Source of the DNA: a bacterium HR34
GTDB lineage: Bacteria > Patescibacteriota > Minisyncoccia > Minisyncoccales > HRBIN34
Direction of reading: 5' to 3'
Assembly (NCBI GenBank): GCA_002923395.1
Contig: BEIK01000003.1
Span: 2,337 to 66,336, forward strand
DNA length: 64,000 nt
Shown: positions 10,150-20,364 of the stretch, piece by piece
Numbering within the stretch: the first letter of the stretch is position 1
Layout of the letters: the number at the start of each line of letters is the position of its first letter
Translations under genes and position numbers: made by a program
The notes under the pieces: model-generated
Told to the model about the DNA's origin: nothing
What the model saw: only the letters and a program-made list of their open reading frames with translations
Database searches by the model: none

Positions 10150-10509
10150 ATGCGAAAGAAGGTAGTTGGCAGAAAATTTCACAGGAAAACAGATGTTAGA
10201 AAGGCATTTTTAAGAAGCCTTGCAAGAAGTTTAATTTTACATGAAAAAATAAAAACAACAGAAGCAAGAGCAAAAGAGGTTGCAAGATTCGTTCAAAAAT
10301 ACATTACAAAAGCAAAAAAAGGAGATTTACGCTCAATCAGGCAAATAGCAAGCGATTTTTACAATGACAGAGAGTTGGTTAAAAAATTAGTTCAAGATAT
10401 TGGCAAAAGATTTCAAAATAGGAAAGGCGGCTATACAAGAGTTATAAAGTTAGGGCAAAGAAAATCAGACGGAGCAAAAATGGTAATAGTAGAATTATTA
10501 AAAGAATAA
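10150..10509 (+). CDS. rplQ: 50S ribosomal protein L17
   Basis: HEKIKTTEARAKE, RKGGYTRVIK, R.SDGA. Confidence 0.96.
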   Translation: MRKKVVGRKFHRKTDVRKAFLRSLARSLILHEKIKTTEARAKEVARFVQKYITKAKKGDLRSIRQIASDFYNDRELVKKLVQDIGKRFQNRKGGYTRVIKLGQRKSDGAKMVIVELLKE

Positions 10510-10510
10510 T

Positions 10511-10882
10511 ATGGCAGAAAAAACTGACAAAAAAGACGAAGGAAAAGTTTATACAATAGATGTTGCGGGAAAAGTTTTGGGTAGAGTTGCTACTCAAATA
10601 GCAACAATTTTAAGAGGTAAACACTTACCAAGTTTTAGGAATTATAAAGACAGCGGCATTACAGTTGTTGTTAAGAATGTTGATAAAATTAAGGTAACAG
10701 GCAAGAAAATGGAACAAAAAAAATATTATAGCTATTCTGGTTATATTGGAGGTTTAAAAGAAAGAGTTATGAAAGACATTTTTGAAAAAGATCCAAAACA
10801 AATTTTAATAAAAGCAGTTTATGGAATGTTGCCCAAAAATAAATTAAGAAGACAGCAAATTAAAAGATTAAAGTTTGAATAA
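10511..10882 (+). CDS. rplM: 50S ribosomal protein L13
   Basis: GKVLGRVATQIA.ILRGKH, YSGYIGGLK, AVYGMLPKNKL. Confidence 0.96.
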   Translation: MAEKTDKKDEGKVYTIDVAGKVLGRVATQIATILRGKHLPSFRNYKDSGITVVVKNVDKIKVTGKKMEQKKYYSYSGYIGGLKERVMKDIFEKDPKQILIKAVYGMLPKNKLRRQQIKRLKFE

Positions 10883-10884
10883 AT

Positions 10885-11337
10885 ATGCCAGATGCCAAAA
10901 CAACAAAAAAAGGAAAGAGAGGGACGAGAAAAAGAACATCAAATAAATACATAGAGGCTGTAGGTAGAAGAAAGGAAGCCACAGCAATTGTTAGATTATA
11001 TGAAGGCCAAAAAGGAAGTCTTGAGTTTATTGTAAACAATAAAAAATATAATGAATACTTTCCTGTGTTAGACCAGCAAAAAACAGTAATCAAACCTTTG
11101 GGAGTTATCAATAAACTCGACGGCTTTAAAATTTCAGTTTTAACAAGAGGGGGAGGATTATCAGGGCAGGCGGGTGCTGTTTGTCATGGTTTGGCAAGGG
11201 CACTGGTGAAATATAATCCTGATTTAAAACCTGTTTTGAAAGCAGAGGGATTGCTTACAAGAGACCCGAGAACGGTAGAGAGAAAGAAATATGGGCTAAA
11301 GAAAGCAAGAAGGGCTCCTCAGTGGTCGAAGAGATAA
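10885..11337 (+). CDS. rpsI: 30S ribosomal protein S9
   Basis: GRRKEATA, GGGLSGQAGA, LTRDPR.VERKKYGLKKARRAPQWSKR. Confidence 0.97.
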   Translation: MPDAKTTKKGKRGTRKRTSNKYIEAVGRRKEATAIVRLYEGQKGSLEFIVNNKKYNEYFPVLDQQKTVIKPLGVINKLDGFKISVLTRGGGLSGQAGAVCHGLARALVKYNPDLKPVLKAEGLLTRDPRTVERKKYGLKKARRAPQWSKR

Positions 11338-11359
11338 AAATTTCTTTGTTCTGATTTTG

Positions 11360-11395
11360 CTGTCAGACGTTTTGTCTGGCAGTTTTTAATTTTTT
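11360..11395 (+). terminator. Probable intrinsic terminator after rpsI
   Basis: CTGTCAGAC-GTTTT-GTCTGGCAG hairpin followed by T tracts. Confidence 0.65.
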
Positions 11396-11431
11396 GTTGT
11401 AGAATTTATTAAATAGAAAAAAACGAAAAGT

Positions 11432-11926
11432 ATGCTAAATAAAAAGAAAACTAAAAACACAAACAAAAAAACAACTAAAAAGGCAAGAAAAACAAAAGCA
11501 GAAAAAGAAAGAGAAGAGACTGATATTCAAAAAATTGTTAATCATTATTTTTTTACAAAAGGTTTGACGCTTGAGCAAATTAAAGAAGACGCCAAAAAGA
11601 AAAAAATAATCTATTCAAGATTCACGAGACCTGCCAAACAACTTTTAGAATTGGCTGGATCTGTTGAGAAGGCAATAGAAGCAATAGACAAAGTTGCTGC
11701 ATGGGCAAAATCAAGAAATTTAGATTATGCAATAGAAACTGCTTTCAAAAAATGGCTGGAACTGGATAGGTTGAAACCAAAAGAAGTTGTCAAAAAACCG
11801 TTTTATAATAATATGCCAATGGTTTGGTCTGAAACAAAGAAAAAGTGGTATGTTATTGACGAGAACGGCGAATGGCTTGAGTTTGTTGGAAAAGAAGAAG
11901 ATATAGAATGGCGTGAAATAAAATAA
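11432..11926 (+). CDS. Hypothetical protein with Lys-rich N-terminus
   Basis: 164-aa ORF with typical codon usage, co-oriented and closely packed with downstream genes. Confidence 0.75.
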   Translation: MLNKKKTKNTNKKTTKKARKTKAEKEREETDIQKIVNHYFFTKGLTLEQIKEDAKKKKIIYSRFTRPAKQLLELAGSVEKAIEAIDKVAAWAKSRNLDYAIETAFKKWLELDRLKPKEVVKKPFYNNMPMVWSETKKKWYVIDENGEWLEFVGKEEDIEWREIK

Positions 11927-11930
11927 AAAT

Positions 11931-12500
11931 ATGAAAACAAAAAGATTATTTACAGCAATTACTTTGCCAGACAATATAAAAGATGAAATTTTAAAACAGA
12001 GCGAAAAATATAAAGATTTGCCGGGAAAGTTTGTAAAAAGAGAAGATTTACACATAACTTTGCTTTTTATGGGAAACGTAAAAGAAAGTGATATTGATAA
12101 TGTTAAAACAAGTTTAAATGAAGTGCAAAAGTATGTTCAAAGTTTTAATGTTTCTCTTGCAAAAATAGACTTTGCTCCTCCAGGTTCAAGAATTCCAAGA
12201 ATGATATGGGTTTATGTTGAAAATAATAATAATCTTCAAAAATTGCATGATTCCATTGTTAATGAGTTAGATAAAAACAAAATACCCTATTACAAAGAAG
12301 ATAGGGAATATTACCCACACATTAACTTGGCAAGATTGAAAACATTTGAATTAAGAAATTTCACAGAGGAAGAAATTTTTTCTTATGAATCTGTTGACAT
12401 ATATTTGTCTTTTGAGGTAAAAGATTTTTCTCTGATTGAAAGCAAACTAACGAGGCAAGGCCCCATTTATAAAACAATTCACAAAGTTAACTTATATTAA
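11931..12500 (+). CDS. thpR: RNA 2',3'-cyclic phosphodiesterase (2H family)
   Basis: RLF.AI, LHITLLFMG and YYPHINLAR 2H motifs. Confidence 0.88.
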   Translation: MKTKRLFTAITLPDNIKDEILKQSEKYKDLPGKFVKREDLHITLLFMGNVKESDIDNVKTSLNEVQKYVQSFNVSLAKIDFAPPGSRIPRMIWVYVENNNNLQKLHDSIVNELDKNKIPYYKEDREYYPHINLARLKTFELRNFTEEEIFSYESVDIYLSFEVKDFSLIESKLTRQGPIYKTIHKVNLY

Positions 12501-12507
12501 AAATTAT

Positions 12508-13842
12508 ATGAAAAAAGCTTACATAATTGGTATAGGAGGAATAGGAGCTTCGGCGGTTGCCAAATATCTTTTGCATCGCGGTTGGCAGGTTGAGGGTTCT
12601 GATATGTCAAAGAGCGAGATAACAGAAAATTTAGAAAAAATTGGCGTAAAAGTAAAAATACCCCAAAAAAAAGAAAATGTTCCAGAGGATGTCGACTTGA
12701 TTATTAAAAACCCTGCCATTACAGAGAAAAATGTGGAGTTACAGAGAGCATTAGAGATACAGAAGAAAAAAAACATAAAAATAAAAAATTGGCAAGAGGT
12801 TTTATCTGATGTTTCAAAAGAAAAATTTACTCTAGCAGTGTGCGGAACTCATGGAAAAAGTACCACCACAAGTATGCTGTCCATTATGATGGTAAAAACA
12901 AAACTTGATCCAACCTGCATAATTGGCACAAATATAAAAGAATTTGGCAACACAAACTTTAGGTCTGGCAAATCTAATTATTTTGTAATAGAAGCAGATG
13001 AATACGAAGGTAATTTTTTAAACTATTGGCCAAATGTTGTTATCTTAACAAGCATAGACAAAGACCACCTTGATTATTTTAAAAATTTAAGAAATATATT
13101 TTCGAATTTTGAAAAATTTATTTTAAAACTTCCGAAAAATGGCGTTTTGATTTGCAACAAAGATAGTGAAAATGTTATGAAACTCGCTAATAGAATAAAA
13201 AAGAAAAGAAAGGATATAAAAATAATTTATTATTCCTTAAAGGATAAAGATTCCAAAAAAATTAAAAAAGTTTTGAAAGTGCCAGGTTCTCATAATGTTT
13301 CAAACGCTTTGGCTGTTTTTAAGGTAGGAAAGGTTTTAGGGTTAAAAGAAAAAGATATTTTGAAAAGTTTGTCGGTTTTCAAGGGTGTGTGGAGAAGGTT
13401 TGATATAAGAAAAATAAACAGCAAAAATTTTGGGAAAATTACCATTGTTCATGATTACGCGCACAATCCTCAAAAAGTAAAAGCAGCGATTCAAGGCGTT
13501 TTTGAAAAATGGCCTAATAAAAGAATATGGATAGTTTTTCAGCCTCACCAAAGGCAGAGAACATATTATTTATTTAACGATTTTATTAAAGCATTAAAAG
13601 AGGTTGAAAATTTAATTCTTACTGAAATTTATGATGTTCCGGGCCGTGAAGTTGATAAAATTTCAGCGCACATTTCTTCCAAGCACTTGTATGAAAAATT
13701 AAAAAAATACACAGATAAAATTTGGTTTGTCAAAGATTATAAAGATGTTCCAAAGTTTTTAAAAGACAAATTTAACAAAAAAAGTGATATAATTTTAATA
13801 ATGGGGGCAGGCGATATTTACGAATTAGAGAAATACTTATAA
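12508..13842 (+). CDS. murC: UDP-N-acetylmuramate--L-alanine ligase
   Basis: IGIGGIGAS, GTHGKSTTT, IEADEY, DYAHNP, FQPH, MGAGDI. Confidence 0.93.
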   Translation: MKKAYIIGIGGIGASAVAKYLLHRGWQVEGSDMSKSEITENLEKIGVKVKIPQKKENVPEDVDLIIKNPAITEKNVELQRALEIQKKKNIKIKNWQEVLSDVSKEKFTLAVCGTHGKSTTTSMLSIMMVKTKLDPTCIIGTNIKEFGNTNFRSGKSNYFVIEADEYEGNFLNYWPNVVILTSIDKDHLDYFKNLRNIFSNFEKFILKLPKNGVLICNKDSENVMKLANRIKKKRKDIKIIYYSLKDKDSKKIKKVLKVPGSHNVSNALAVFKVGKVLGLKEKDILKSLSVFKGVWRRFDIRKINSKNFGKITIVHDYAHNPQKVKAAIQGVFEKWPNKRIWIVFQPHQRQRTYYLFNDFIKALKEVENLILTEIYDVPGREVDKISAHISSKHLYEKLKKYTDKIWFVKDYKDVPKFLKDKFNKKSDIILIMGAGDIYELEKYL

Positions 13843-13845
13843 AAT

Positions 13846-15063
13846 ATGCCAAAAAAAGATAACAAAAAAATTTTATTCTTTGTAATAGACGGTTTGGCAG
13901 ATGATAAAATTTTAGAATTAAATAACAGGACGCCTTTGCAGGCAGCCGATACTCCTGCTTTTGATAATTTAGCGCAAAATGGTTTGTGTGGTTTGGTAAA
14001 GCCTTATTTGCTGCCAACAGAAAAACTTCCAAATTCCGATGTGTGTCATTTGGCTTTGTTTGGTTATGATCCAAAAAAGTATTATCTTGGAAGAGGAGTT
14101 TATGAGGCTGTTGGCGCTGGAATAAAATTGAAAAAAGGAGATATTGCTTTAAGAATGAATTTTGCAACTGTTAATGAAAATATGGAAATTATAGACAGAA
14201 GAGCGCAAAGAATAGATAAAACAGAAGGTTTGTTTAAGAGTTTAGAAAAAATAAAAATTAAAGGAGCAAAAATTATTCTTAAAAAAACTTACGGCCACAG
14301 GGGAGTTTTGGTTTTGAGGTCGTCAAGAGGAGTTAAACTTTCACATCACATAACGGGGAATGATAACAAAAAATTAAATGTTAAGGTTCAGGAAATTAAA
14401 CCAACAGATAATAAAAAAGAGTCATTAACAACGGCAAATATATTAAATGAATTTTTAGAAAAAGCGCACGAAGTTTTGAAAAACCATGTTGTTAACAGAA
14501 AAAGAGAAAAAGAAGGAATGTTTCCTGCAAATTATATTTTGGTTAGGGGAGCGGGAATTATTAAAAAACAAAAGTCTTTTTATGAAAAATACAAACTAAA
14601 AGCTTGTTGTGTTGCAGGCGGTAATTTGTATAGAGGGATAGCAAAGTTTTTGGGAATGGATTTAATAAGTGTAAAGGGAGCGAACGGTCTTCCCAATACC
14701 AACTTGCGAGGAAAATTTAAAGCAGTTAAAAATTCATTGGAAAAATATGATTTTGTTTTCTTGCACATAAAAGCGCCGGATAGCTTTGCTGAAGATGGCG
14801 ATTTCATTTCCAAAAGAAAGTTCATAGAAAAAATAGACAAAGAATTTTCTTACATACTGCCTTTGCCCAACACAAAAATAATTGTTACAGGAGATCATGC
14901 AACTTGCTCTAAAATTAAAAGCCATTGCCTAAATTATGTTCCTCTTCTTTTTTACAACGGTGTTGATAAAGATGACGTGAGAAAGTTTTACGAAGAGGCC
15001 TGTTCTCAGGGGAAACTTGGTTTAATGAATCAATTAGATGTAATAAAGTTAGTTTTGAAATAA
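13846..15063 (+). CDS. apgM: 2,3-bisphosphoglycerate-independent phosphoglycerate mutase, archaeal type
   Basis: IDGLAD, TPLQAA.TP..D, P.SD..HL.LFGYDP..YY.GRG..EA.G, HIKAPD, TGDHAT. Confidence 0.9.
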   Translation: MPKKDNKKILFFVIDGLADDKILELNNRTPLQAADTPAFDNLAQNGLCGLVKPYLLPTEKLPNSDVCHLALFGYDPKKYYLGRGVYEAVGAGIKLKKGDIALRMNFATVNENMEIIDRRAQRIDKTEGLFKSLEKIKIKGAKIILKKTYGHRGVLVLRSSRGVKLSHHITGNDNKKLNVKVQEIKPTDNKKESLTTANILNEFLEKAHEVLKNHVVNRKREKEGMFPANYILVRGAGIIKKQKSFYEKYKLKACCVAGGNLYRGIAKFLGMDLISVKGANGLPNTNLRGKFKAVKNSLEKYDFVFLHIKAPDSFAEDGDFISKRKFIEKIDKEFSYILPLPNTKIIVTGDHATCSKIKSHCLNYVPLLFYNGVDKDDVRKFYEEACSQGKLGLMNQLDVIKLVLK

Positions 15064-15066
15064 TTT

Positions 15067-16023
15067 ATGGCATTTGAGAATTTTAATGTTAAAGAAAATT
15101 ATCCCGGTAAGAATTTAACAACTATAAAAGTGGGCGGTCCTATTAGATATTTTTTTGAAGCAAAAACAAAAGAAGATTTGTTGGAAGTTTTAAAAGAAGC
15201 AAAAAGGAATAAAATAAAATTTTATATAATCGGCTCTGGCAGTAATTTATTAATAAAAGATGAAGGCTTTGATGGTCTTTTAATAAAAATTTTATTTAAT
15301 AACATTAATTTTCTTGACGATAAAAAAGTTTTTACTGATGCGGGCGTTTTTTTTTCTAAATTAGTTGATGAACTTGCAAAAAAAGGAATATATTTAAAGT
15401 TTGCTTTAGGAATACCGGGAACAATTGGAGGGGCTGTTTATGGAAATTCTGGAGGGCAAACAGAATGGATAGGAGATTTTGTTGAAAAAGTTTTTGTTAT
15501 TGACACAAATGATTTTCAAGAAAAAATCTTAACTAAAGAAGAATGCAATTTCTCTTATAGAAAAAGTATTTTTCACGAGAAAAAACATCTTATAATTACA
15601 GGCGCTTTGTTTAATTTTGAAAATTGCAATTATAAAAAAGATGAGTTTTTGGATTTTTTAAAATACAGAAGGCAAACGCAACCTTTGTCAGAGCCTTCTT
15701 TTGGCAGCACTTTTCGTGGCGTTAGCGTTGATAAATTACCAAAAGATGTTTTAGAAAACATAGTAGAACAATTCCCAGAAGAAAAAAATAAAATAAATGA
15801 ATTTTTTGAAAAAGGAATAGTGCCGGCTGGATGGATGATCGAAAAGTGTGGTTTGAAAAATTTTCAAATAGGAGGAGCGAAATTTTCAGAAAAGCATTCT
15901 AATTTTATTGTTAATGTTGGCAACGCAAATTTTAACGATGTCATTTCTTTAATAAATCTTGCAAAACAAAAAGCAAAAGAAAAATTTAACATAGATTTAG
16001 AAACAGAAGTTCAAATTATTTGA
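15067..16023 (+). CDS. murB: UDP-N-acetylenolpyruvoylglucosamine reductase
   Basis: GSGSNLL, GIPGTIGGAVYGNSG, FSYRKS, QP...PSFGSTF, SEKHSNFIVN, LETEV. Confidence 0.95.
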   Translation: MAFENFNVKENYPGKNLTTIKVGGPIRYFFEAKTKEDLLEVLKEAKRNKIKFYIIGSGSNLLIKDEGFDGLLIKILFNNINFLDDKKVFTDAGVFFSKLVDELAKKGIYLKFALGIPGTIGGAVYGNSGGQTEWIGDFVEKVFVIDTNDFQEKILTKEECNFSYRKSIFHEKKHLIITGALFNFENCNYKKDEFLDFLKYRRQTQPLSEPSFGSTFRGVSVDKLPKDVLENIVEQFPEEKNKINEFFEKGIVPAGWMIEKCGLKNFQIGGAKFSEKHSNFIVNVGNANFNDVISLINLAKQKAKEKFNIDLETEVQII

Positions 16024-16188
16024 TTTTTTTTTATCTCTCTCGTTTAAAATTTTTTATTTTTTGTTTTGTACAAAAAATTTTTTTATAAAAACTATTGACA
16101 ATAATTTTCATCGTGAAAAAATTAAATAAAGATAAAAATTTTTAAAAGTTAAAGGTCGACATTAAAAGAAATTTAAAATATTAAAATT

Positions 16189-16278
16189 GTGGCAACAAAG
16201 AAAAAAACAACAAAAAAGAGTACAAAGAAAACAGCAAAGAAAAGCACAAAGAAAAAGACAACAAGAAAGAAAAAATAA
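16189..16278 (+). CDS. 29-aa Lys/Thr-rich histone H1-like micropeptide (unannotated)
   Basis: GTG start; MATKKKTTKKSTKKTAKKSTKKKTTRKKK*; own terminator follows. Confidence 0.6.
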   Translation: MATKKKTTKKSTKKTAKKSTKKKTTRKKK

Positions 16279-16294
16279 TTTTGTGAAAGTACTT

Positions 16295-16328
16295 GCCCCG
16301 ACATAAAAGTCGGGGGTTTTTTATTTTT
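16295..16328 (+). terminator. Intrinsic terminator
   Basis: CCCCGAC-ATAAAA-GTCGGGG followed by T tract. Confidence 0.7.
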
Positions 16329-16371
16329 GCAAAAGTGGTATAATAGAAATCATTAAAAGAAACGAAAAATT

Positions 16372-18816
16372 ATGTCTTTTTTATCCAAAATATTTGGAGA
16401 TCCTAATGAGAAATATATAAAAGAAAAAAGAAAGGTTGTTGAAAAAATAAATGCTTTGGAAAAAGAAGTATCGCAGTTGAAAGATGAGCAGTTTAAAGAG
16501 AAAACTTTGCAACTAAAAGAGAGGTATCAAAAAGGAGAAAGTTTAGACGATTTACTCGTTGAGGCTTTTGCATTGGTAAGAGAAGCTGCAAAAAGAACTT
16601 TAAATCAAAGGCATTTTGATGTTCAGTTAATAGGTGGAATGGTTTTGCACGAGGGTAAAATAGCCGAAATGAAAACCGGAGAGGGAAAAACATTAACCGC
16701 CACCTTACCTTTATATCTGAATGCTTTAACAGGAAAAGGATGCCATTTAGTTACTGTTAATGATTACTTGGCAAAAAGAGATACTGTTTGGATGGGACAA
16801 ATTTTTGATTTTTTAGGGTTAAGTGTTGGTTGTATAGTTCATGAGCAATCTTTTTTATATTCTACATGGCCAGATGGCATTGATACAAAAAGAGATGTGG
16901 AGGGTTCTTTCAAAGTCTTTGAGCAATACTTAAAACCTGTTAGCAGAAAAGAGGCTTATTTGGCTGATATAACTTATGGCACAAACAACGAGTTCGCCTT
17001 TGATTATCTAAAAGACAATATGGTTTACGACGCTTCTATGAGAGTTCAAAGAGGTTTTCATTACGCTATTATTGATGAAGTTGATTCTATTTTAATAGAT
17101 GAAGCAAGAACACCTTTGATAATTTCAGCACCAGACGAAGAGTCGTCAAAACTTTATAAAGAATTTGTAAATGTTGTTTCCCAACTTGAAAAAGACAAAC
17201 ATTATATAATTGAAGAAAAATTTAAATCAGTAACTCTAACAGATGAAGGCATAAAAAAAGTAGAAGAAATTTTAGGTTTGGGAAACATCTATGAGGAGAA
17301 GGGGATAAGATTTGTTCATCACTTGCAAGAAGCCTTAAAAGCCCATGTTCTTTTTAAAAGGGACAGGGATTATGTTGTTAAAGATGGTGAAGTTATAATT
17401 GTTGATGAATTTACAGGAAGATTATTGCCAGGTAGAAGATATTCAGGAGGATTGCATCAGGCAATAGAAGCAAAAGAAGGAGTTGAAGTAAAACCAGAAT
17501 CAATTACTCTGGCGTCTATTACTTTTCAAAACTTTTTTAAGATGTACGAAAAATTAGCCGGAATGACAGGGACGGCAGCAACTTCAGCAGAAGAGTTTGA
17601 TAAGGTTTACAATCTTGAAGTTGTTGTTGTTCCAACAAATAAACCAATGATAAGAAAAGATTTGTCTGATGTAATATTTAAAACTGAAATTGGAAAATTC
17701 AAGGCAGTTGTTAAAAAAGTAAAAGAACTACACCAACTTGGCAGACCTGTTTTGGTTGGGACCACTTCAATTGAAAAAAATGAACTTTTGAGTGCTATGC
17801 TTCAAAGAGAAGGTATTCCTCATAATGTTTTAAATGCTAAAAATCATGAAAGAGAAGGGGAAATAATAGCGCAAGCAGGAAGACTTGGTGCTGTAACAGT
17901 CGCCACCAATATGGCAGGACGTGGTGTTGATATTATTTTAGGAGGTAACCCTCCGGATGAAGAGGAAGCAAAAAAAGTAAGGGAGTTGGGGGGACTTTTT
18001 GTTTTAGGAACTGAAAGGCATGAAGCAAGAAGAATAGATAATCAGTTAAGAGGAAGGTCAGGAAGGCAGGGAGATCCCGGAGAAACTCAATTTTATTTGT
18101 CTTTAGAAGATGATTTGTTAAGAATTTTTGGAGGCGAAAGAGCGCAGGCCTTGTTTAATACTTTAAATATAAAAGAAGACGAACCCATAGAATCTTCTTT
18201 GGTCTCAAAAATTGTAGAGTCTGCTCAAAAGAAAATAGAAGCAATGAACCTTGATTTAAGAAAGCACCTTTTAGAATTTGACGAAGTTTTAAATAAACAT
18301 AGGCAGGCATTTTACAGGAAAAGAGAGGAAATTTTACTTGCAGATAATGAAAAAATGAAAGATATAACTTATTCCATATTAGAAAAACAGGGTATTAATT
18401 TAGAAAATTACAAGAAAAAAGAAAAAGAGTTGGGCGGTGAAGAATTAAGAAGAATTGAAAAGTTCACTGCCTTGAGAATACTTGATATTTTGTGGGCAGA
18501 TCACTTGGAGAATATGGAGTATTTAAGACAATCTGTAAACTTGAGGGCATATGGACAAAAAGATCCTTTGGTTGAGTACAAAACAGAAGGGCACAGAATG
18601 TTTAAAGACTTTTTTGATGTTTTTGAAAATTATTTTGCCCAGACAGTTATTAAAGTTGAAAAAGTTAAAACACCTGAAGATAAAACAGTAGAGGGCAGAG
18701 GAGATACAACAATAAAAAGTCAATTTGTGAGCAATGCCAATGTTAGGAAAGTTGGCAGAAATGATCCTTGTCCTTGCGGCTCTGGAAAGAAGTACAAAAA
18801 ATGCCATGGGAAATAA
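16372..18816 (+). CDS. secA: Preprotein translocase subunit SecA
   Basis: [44 protein letters not shown]-terminal [23 protein letters not shown]. Confidence 0.98.
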   Translation: MSFLSKIFGDPNEKYIKEKRKVVEKINALEKEVSQLKDEQFKEKTLQLKERYQKGESLDDLLVEAFALVREAAKRTLNQRHFDVQLIGGMVLHEGKIAEMKTGEGKTLTATLPLYLNALTGKGCHLVTVNDYLAKRDTVWMGQIFDFLGLSVGCIVHEQSFLYSTWPDGIDTKRDVEGSFKVFEQYLKPVSRKEAYLADITYGTNNEFAFDYLKDNMVYDASMRVQRGFHYAIIDEVDSILIDEARTPLIISAPDEESSKLYKEFVNVVSQLEKDKHYIIEEKFKSVTLTDEGIKKVEEILGLGNIYEEKGIRFVHHLQEALKAHVLFKRDRDYVVKDGEVIIVDEFTGRLLPGRRYSGGLHQAIEAKEGVEVKPESITLASITFQNFFKMYEKLAGMTGTAATSAEEFDKVYNLEVVVVPTNKPMIRKDLSDVIFKTEIGKFKAVVKKVKELHQLGRPVLVGTTSIEKNELLSAMLQREGIPHNVLNAKNHEREGEIIAQAGRLGAVTVATNMAGRGVDIILGGNPPDEEEAKKVRELGGLFVLGTERHEARRIDNQLRGRSGRQGDPGETQFYLSLEDDLLRIFGGERAQALFNTLNIKEDEPIESSLVSKIVESAQKKIEAMNLDLRKHLLEFDEVLNKHRQAFYRKREEILLADNEKMKDITYSILEKQGINLENYKKKEKELGGEELRRIEKFTALRILDILWADHLENMEYLRQSVNLRAYGQKDPLVEYKTEGHRMFKDFFDVFENYFAQTVIKVEKVKTPEDKTVEGRGDTTIKSQFVSNANVRKVGRNDPCPCGSGKKYKKCHGK

Positions 18817-18819
18817 AAT

Positions 18820-19569
18820 CTAGTTTTTTATAATAGTTCCTATTGTTTTGCCAGTTTTATGAAGCTCAATTAATCTTTCTGGTTTTTTGCCATTAATTAC
18901 CCAAACAGGGCAAAATTTTTTTGCTATTTCTATTGATTCTTTTATTTTGTTTTTCATCTCTCCTGTTGCATCTTTTGATTTTGAAAATTTAATATCGCTT
19001 AAAAATTCCTCTTCAGGCTTTATTTTTGTTATCAACTCTCCCTTATTATTGTAGACGCCATCGACATCTGACAGAAAGATAACTTTGGTTGGTTTTATGG
19101 TATTGGATAATAGTTTTACAAGCTCATCTCCTGAAGTTATTTTAAATCCGTTTTTTATTGTAAATACTACATCTCCATAAGTAATAAGGACAAAGTTTTT
19201 TTGGAGTAGGTTTTTAATTAATGAACTTATGTTTTTATTTGTATGTAAGTTACAAGGCTCTATTGGAAAAATAGGCAGGTTGTTTTTTATGAATTCTTTT
19301 GCTACTAAGTTGTTTAACTTCCGCATTGCAAACTTGGTGTGCGAAATTCCAATTTTAGAATAATTTTCTTGTTTCTTGTGAAGGTTATACTTTTTAGCAA
19401 AATAATGCCCAAAACTCCCACCTCCATGAATAATTATCAATCTCACACCTTCTTTGTAGATTTTATAAATTGATTTTATAATTTTTACAAGTTGAACTCT
19501 TTTAAAACTTAAAGGTTTGTTTTTATTTGTTATTACGCTTCCTCCAATTTTTATTATGTAGATTTTCAT
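18820..19569 (-). CDS. Isopentenyl phosphate kinase-like (amino-acid kinase family)
   Basis: IKIGGSVITNK, IHGGGSFGH (IPK signature His), YGDVV, SGDE, DVDGVY, DATGEMKNK. Confidence 0.75.
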   Translation of the reverse strand: MKIYIIKIGGSVITNKNKPLSFKRVQLVKIIKSIYKIYKEGVRLIIIHGGGSFGHYFAKKYNLHKKQENYSKIGISHTKFAMRKLNNLVAKEFIKNNLPIFPIEPCNLHTNKNISSLIKNLLQKNFVLITYGDVVFTIKNGFKITSGDELVKLLSNTIKPTKVIFLSDVDGVYNNKGELITKIKPEEEFLSDIKFSKSKDATGEMKNKIKESIEIAKKFCPVWVINGKKPERLIELHKTGKTIGTIIKN

Positions 19570-19650
19570 AGAATTTTATATTTCATTATACCGCGTTTTT
19601 GGGTATAATTAAATATGAATTTAAGATATTAAAATTAAGAAATATAAACA

Positions 19651-20178
19651 ATGAACAAATTTTTTGACCTATTAAATAAAGCAAATAAAGAAGTTTTTAG
19701 ATTGGAGACATTAGATGAATATAAAGTAGATGAAGAAAAAGAAATTCTTGAAAGTTATAAAAGTAATAAATACGATTTTGAAGAACTAAAGAGGATATAC
19801 ATTAGTGAGCCTGATTAATATCTTAAATCTATAAAAAACGCCAAAGACAGAGGAGCAAATGTCTTCAGGATTCATATTGTTACGCTTTCTTTAACTAAAT
19901 ATTTAAAATTTGAAATAGAGATAGGCTACTATATTAATGAAATGTACGGAGAGAAAATATTTTTAATCAATAGAGAAGATTTAAACAAGATAGATAATAT
20001 CAATGAACTAGAAATCTCAGATTATTGGATGTTTGATGAAAAATATGTATTGCCTATTAAATATGAGAAAGACGGTAGGTTTATTGAAATGCAAGGTCCA
20101 ATAACTGAAAACATAGAAAAATACATCCACACAAAAAACAAACTACTTCCTTTAGCAAAAGATACAAAGAATTTATAA
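19651..20178 (+). pseudogene. DUF6879-like gene interrupted by an in-frame TAA at 19816-19818
   Basis: One frame reads MNKFFDLL..VFRLETLDEY..PD*YLK..FRIHIV..L.KYLKFE..N...GEKI..DYWMFDE..Y..DGRF; the 19942 ORF is its 3' half. Confidence 0.65.
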
Positions 20179-20364
20179 AAGAAAACAACATTAAACTAAA
20201 ATACTTGAAGTTTTAAATTTAGAATAAATGAGTGTTTTATGATTTTAATAAAGCATCAATCTTGTCAACAAAATGTTTTTCGTGGTATTGCTTAACTTCT
20301 GACCATACCCTTTTGGAAATTTTAATTAAGTATATAATCTAAATCTAAGTGTAGCTAATAAATT

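Noticed and set aside
19816..19818. In-frame stop as evidence of genetic-code reassignment
   Set aside because: TAA, TAG and TGA all terminate conserved genes here and housekeeping ORFs are uninterrupted.
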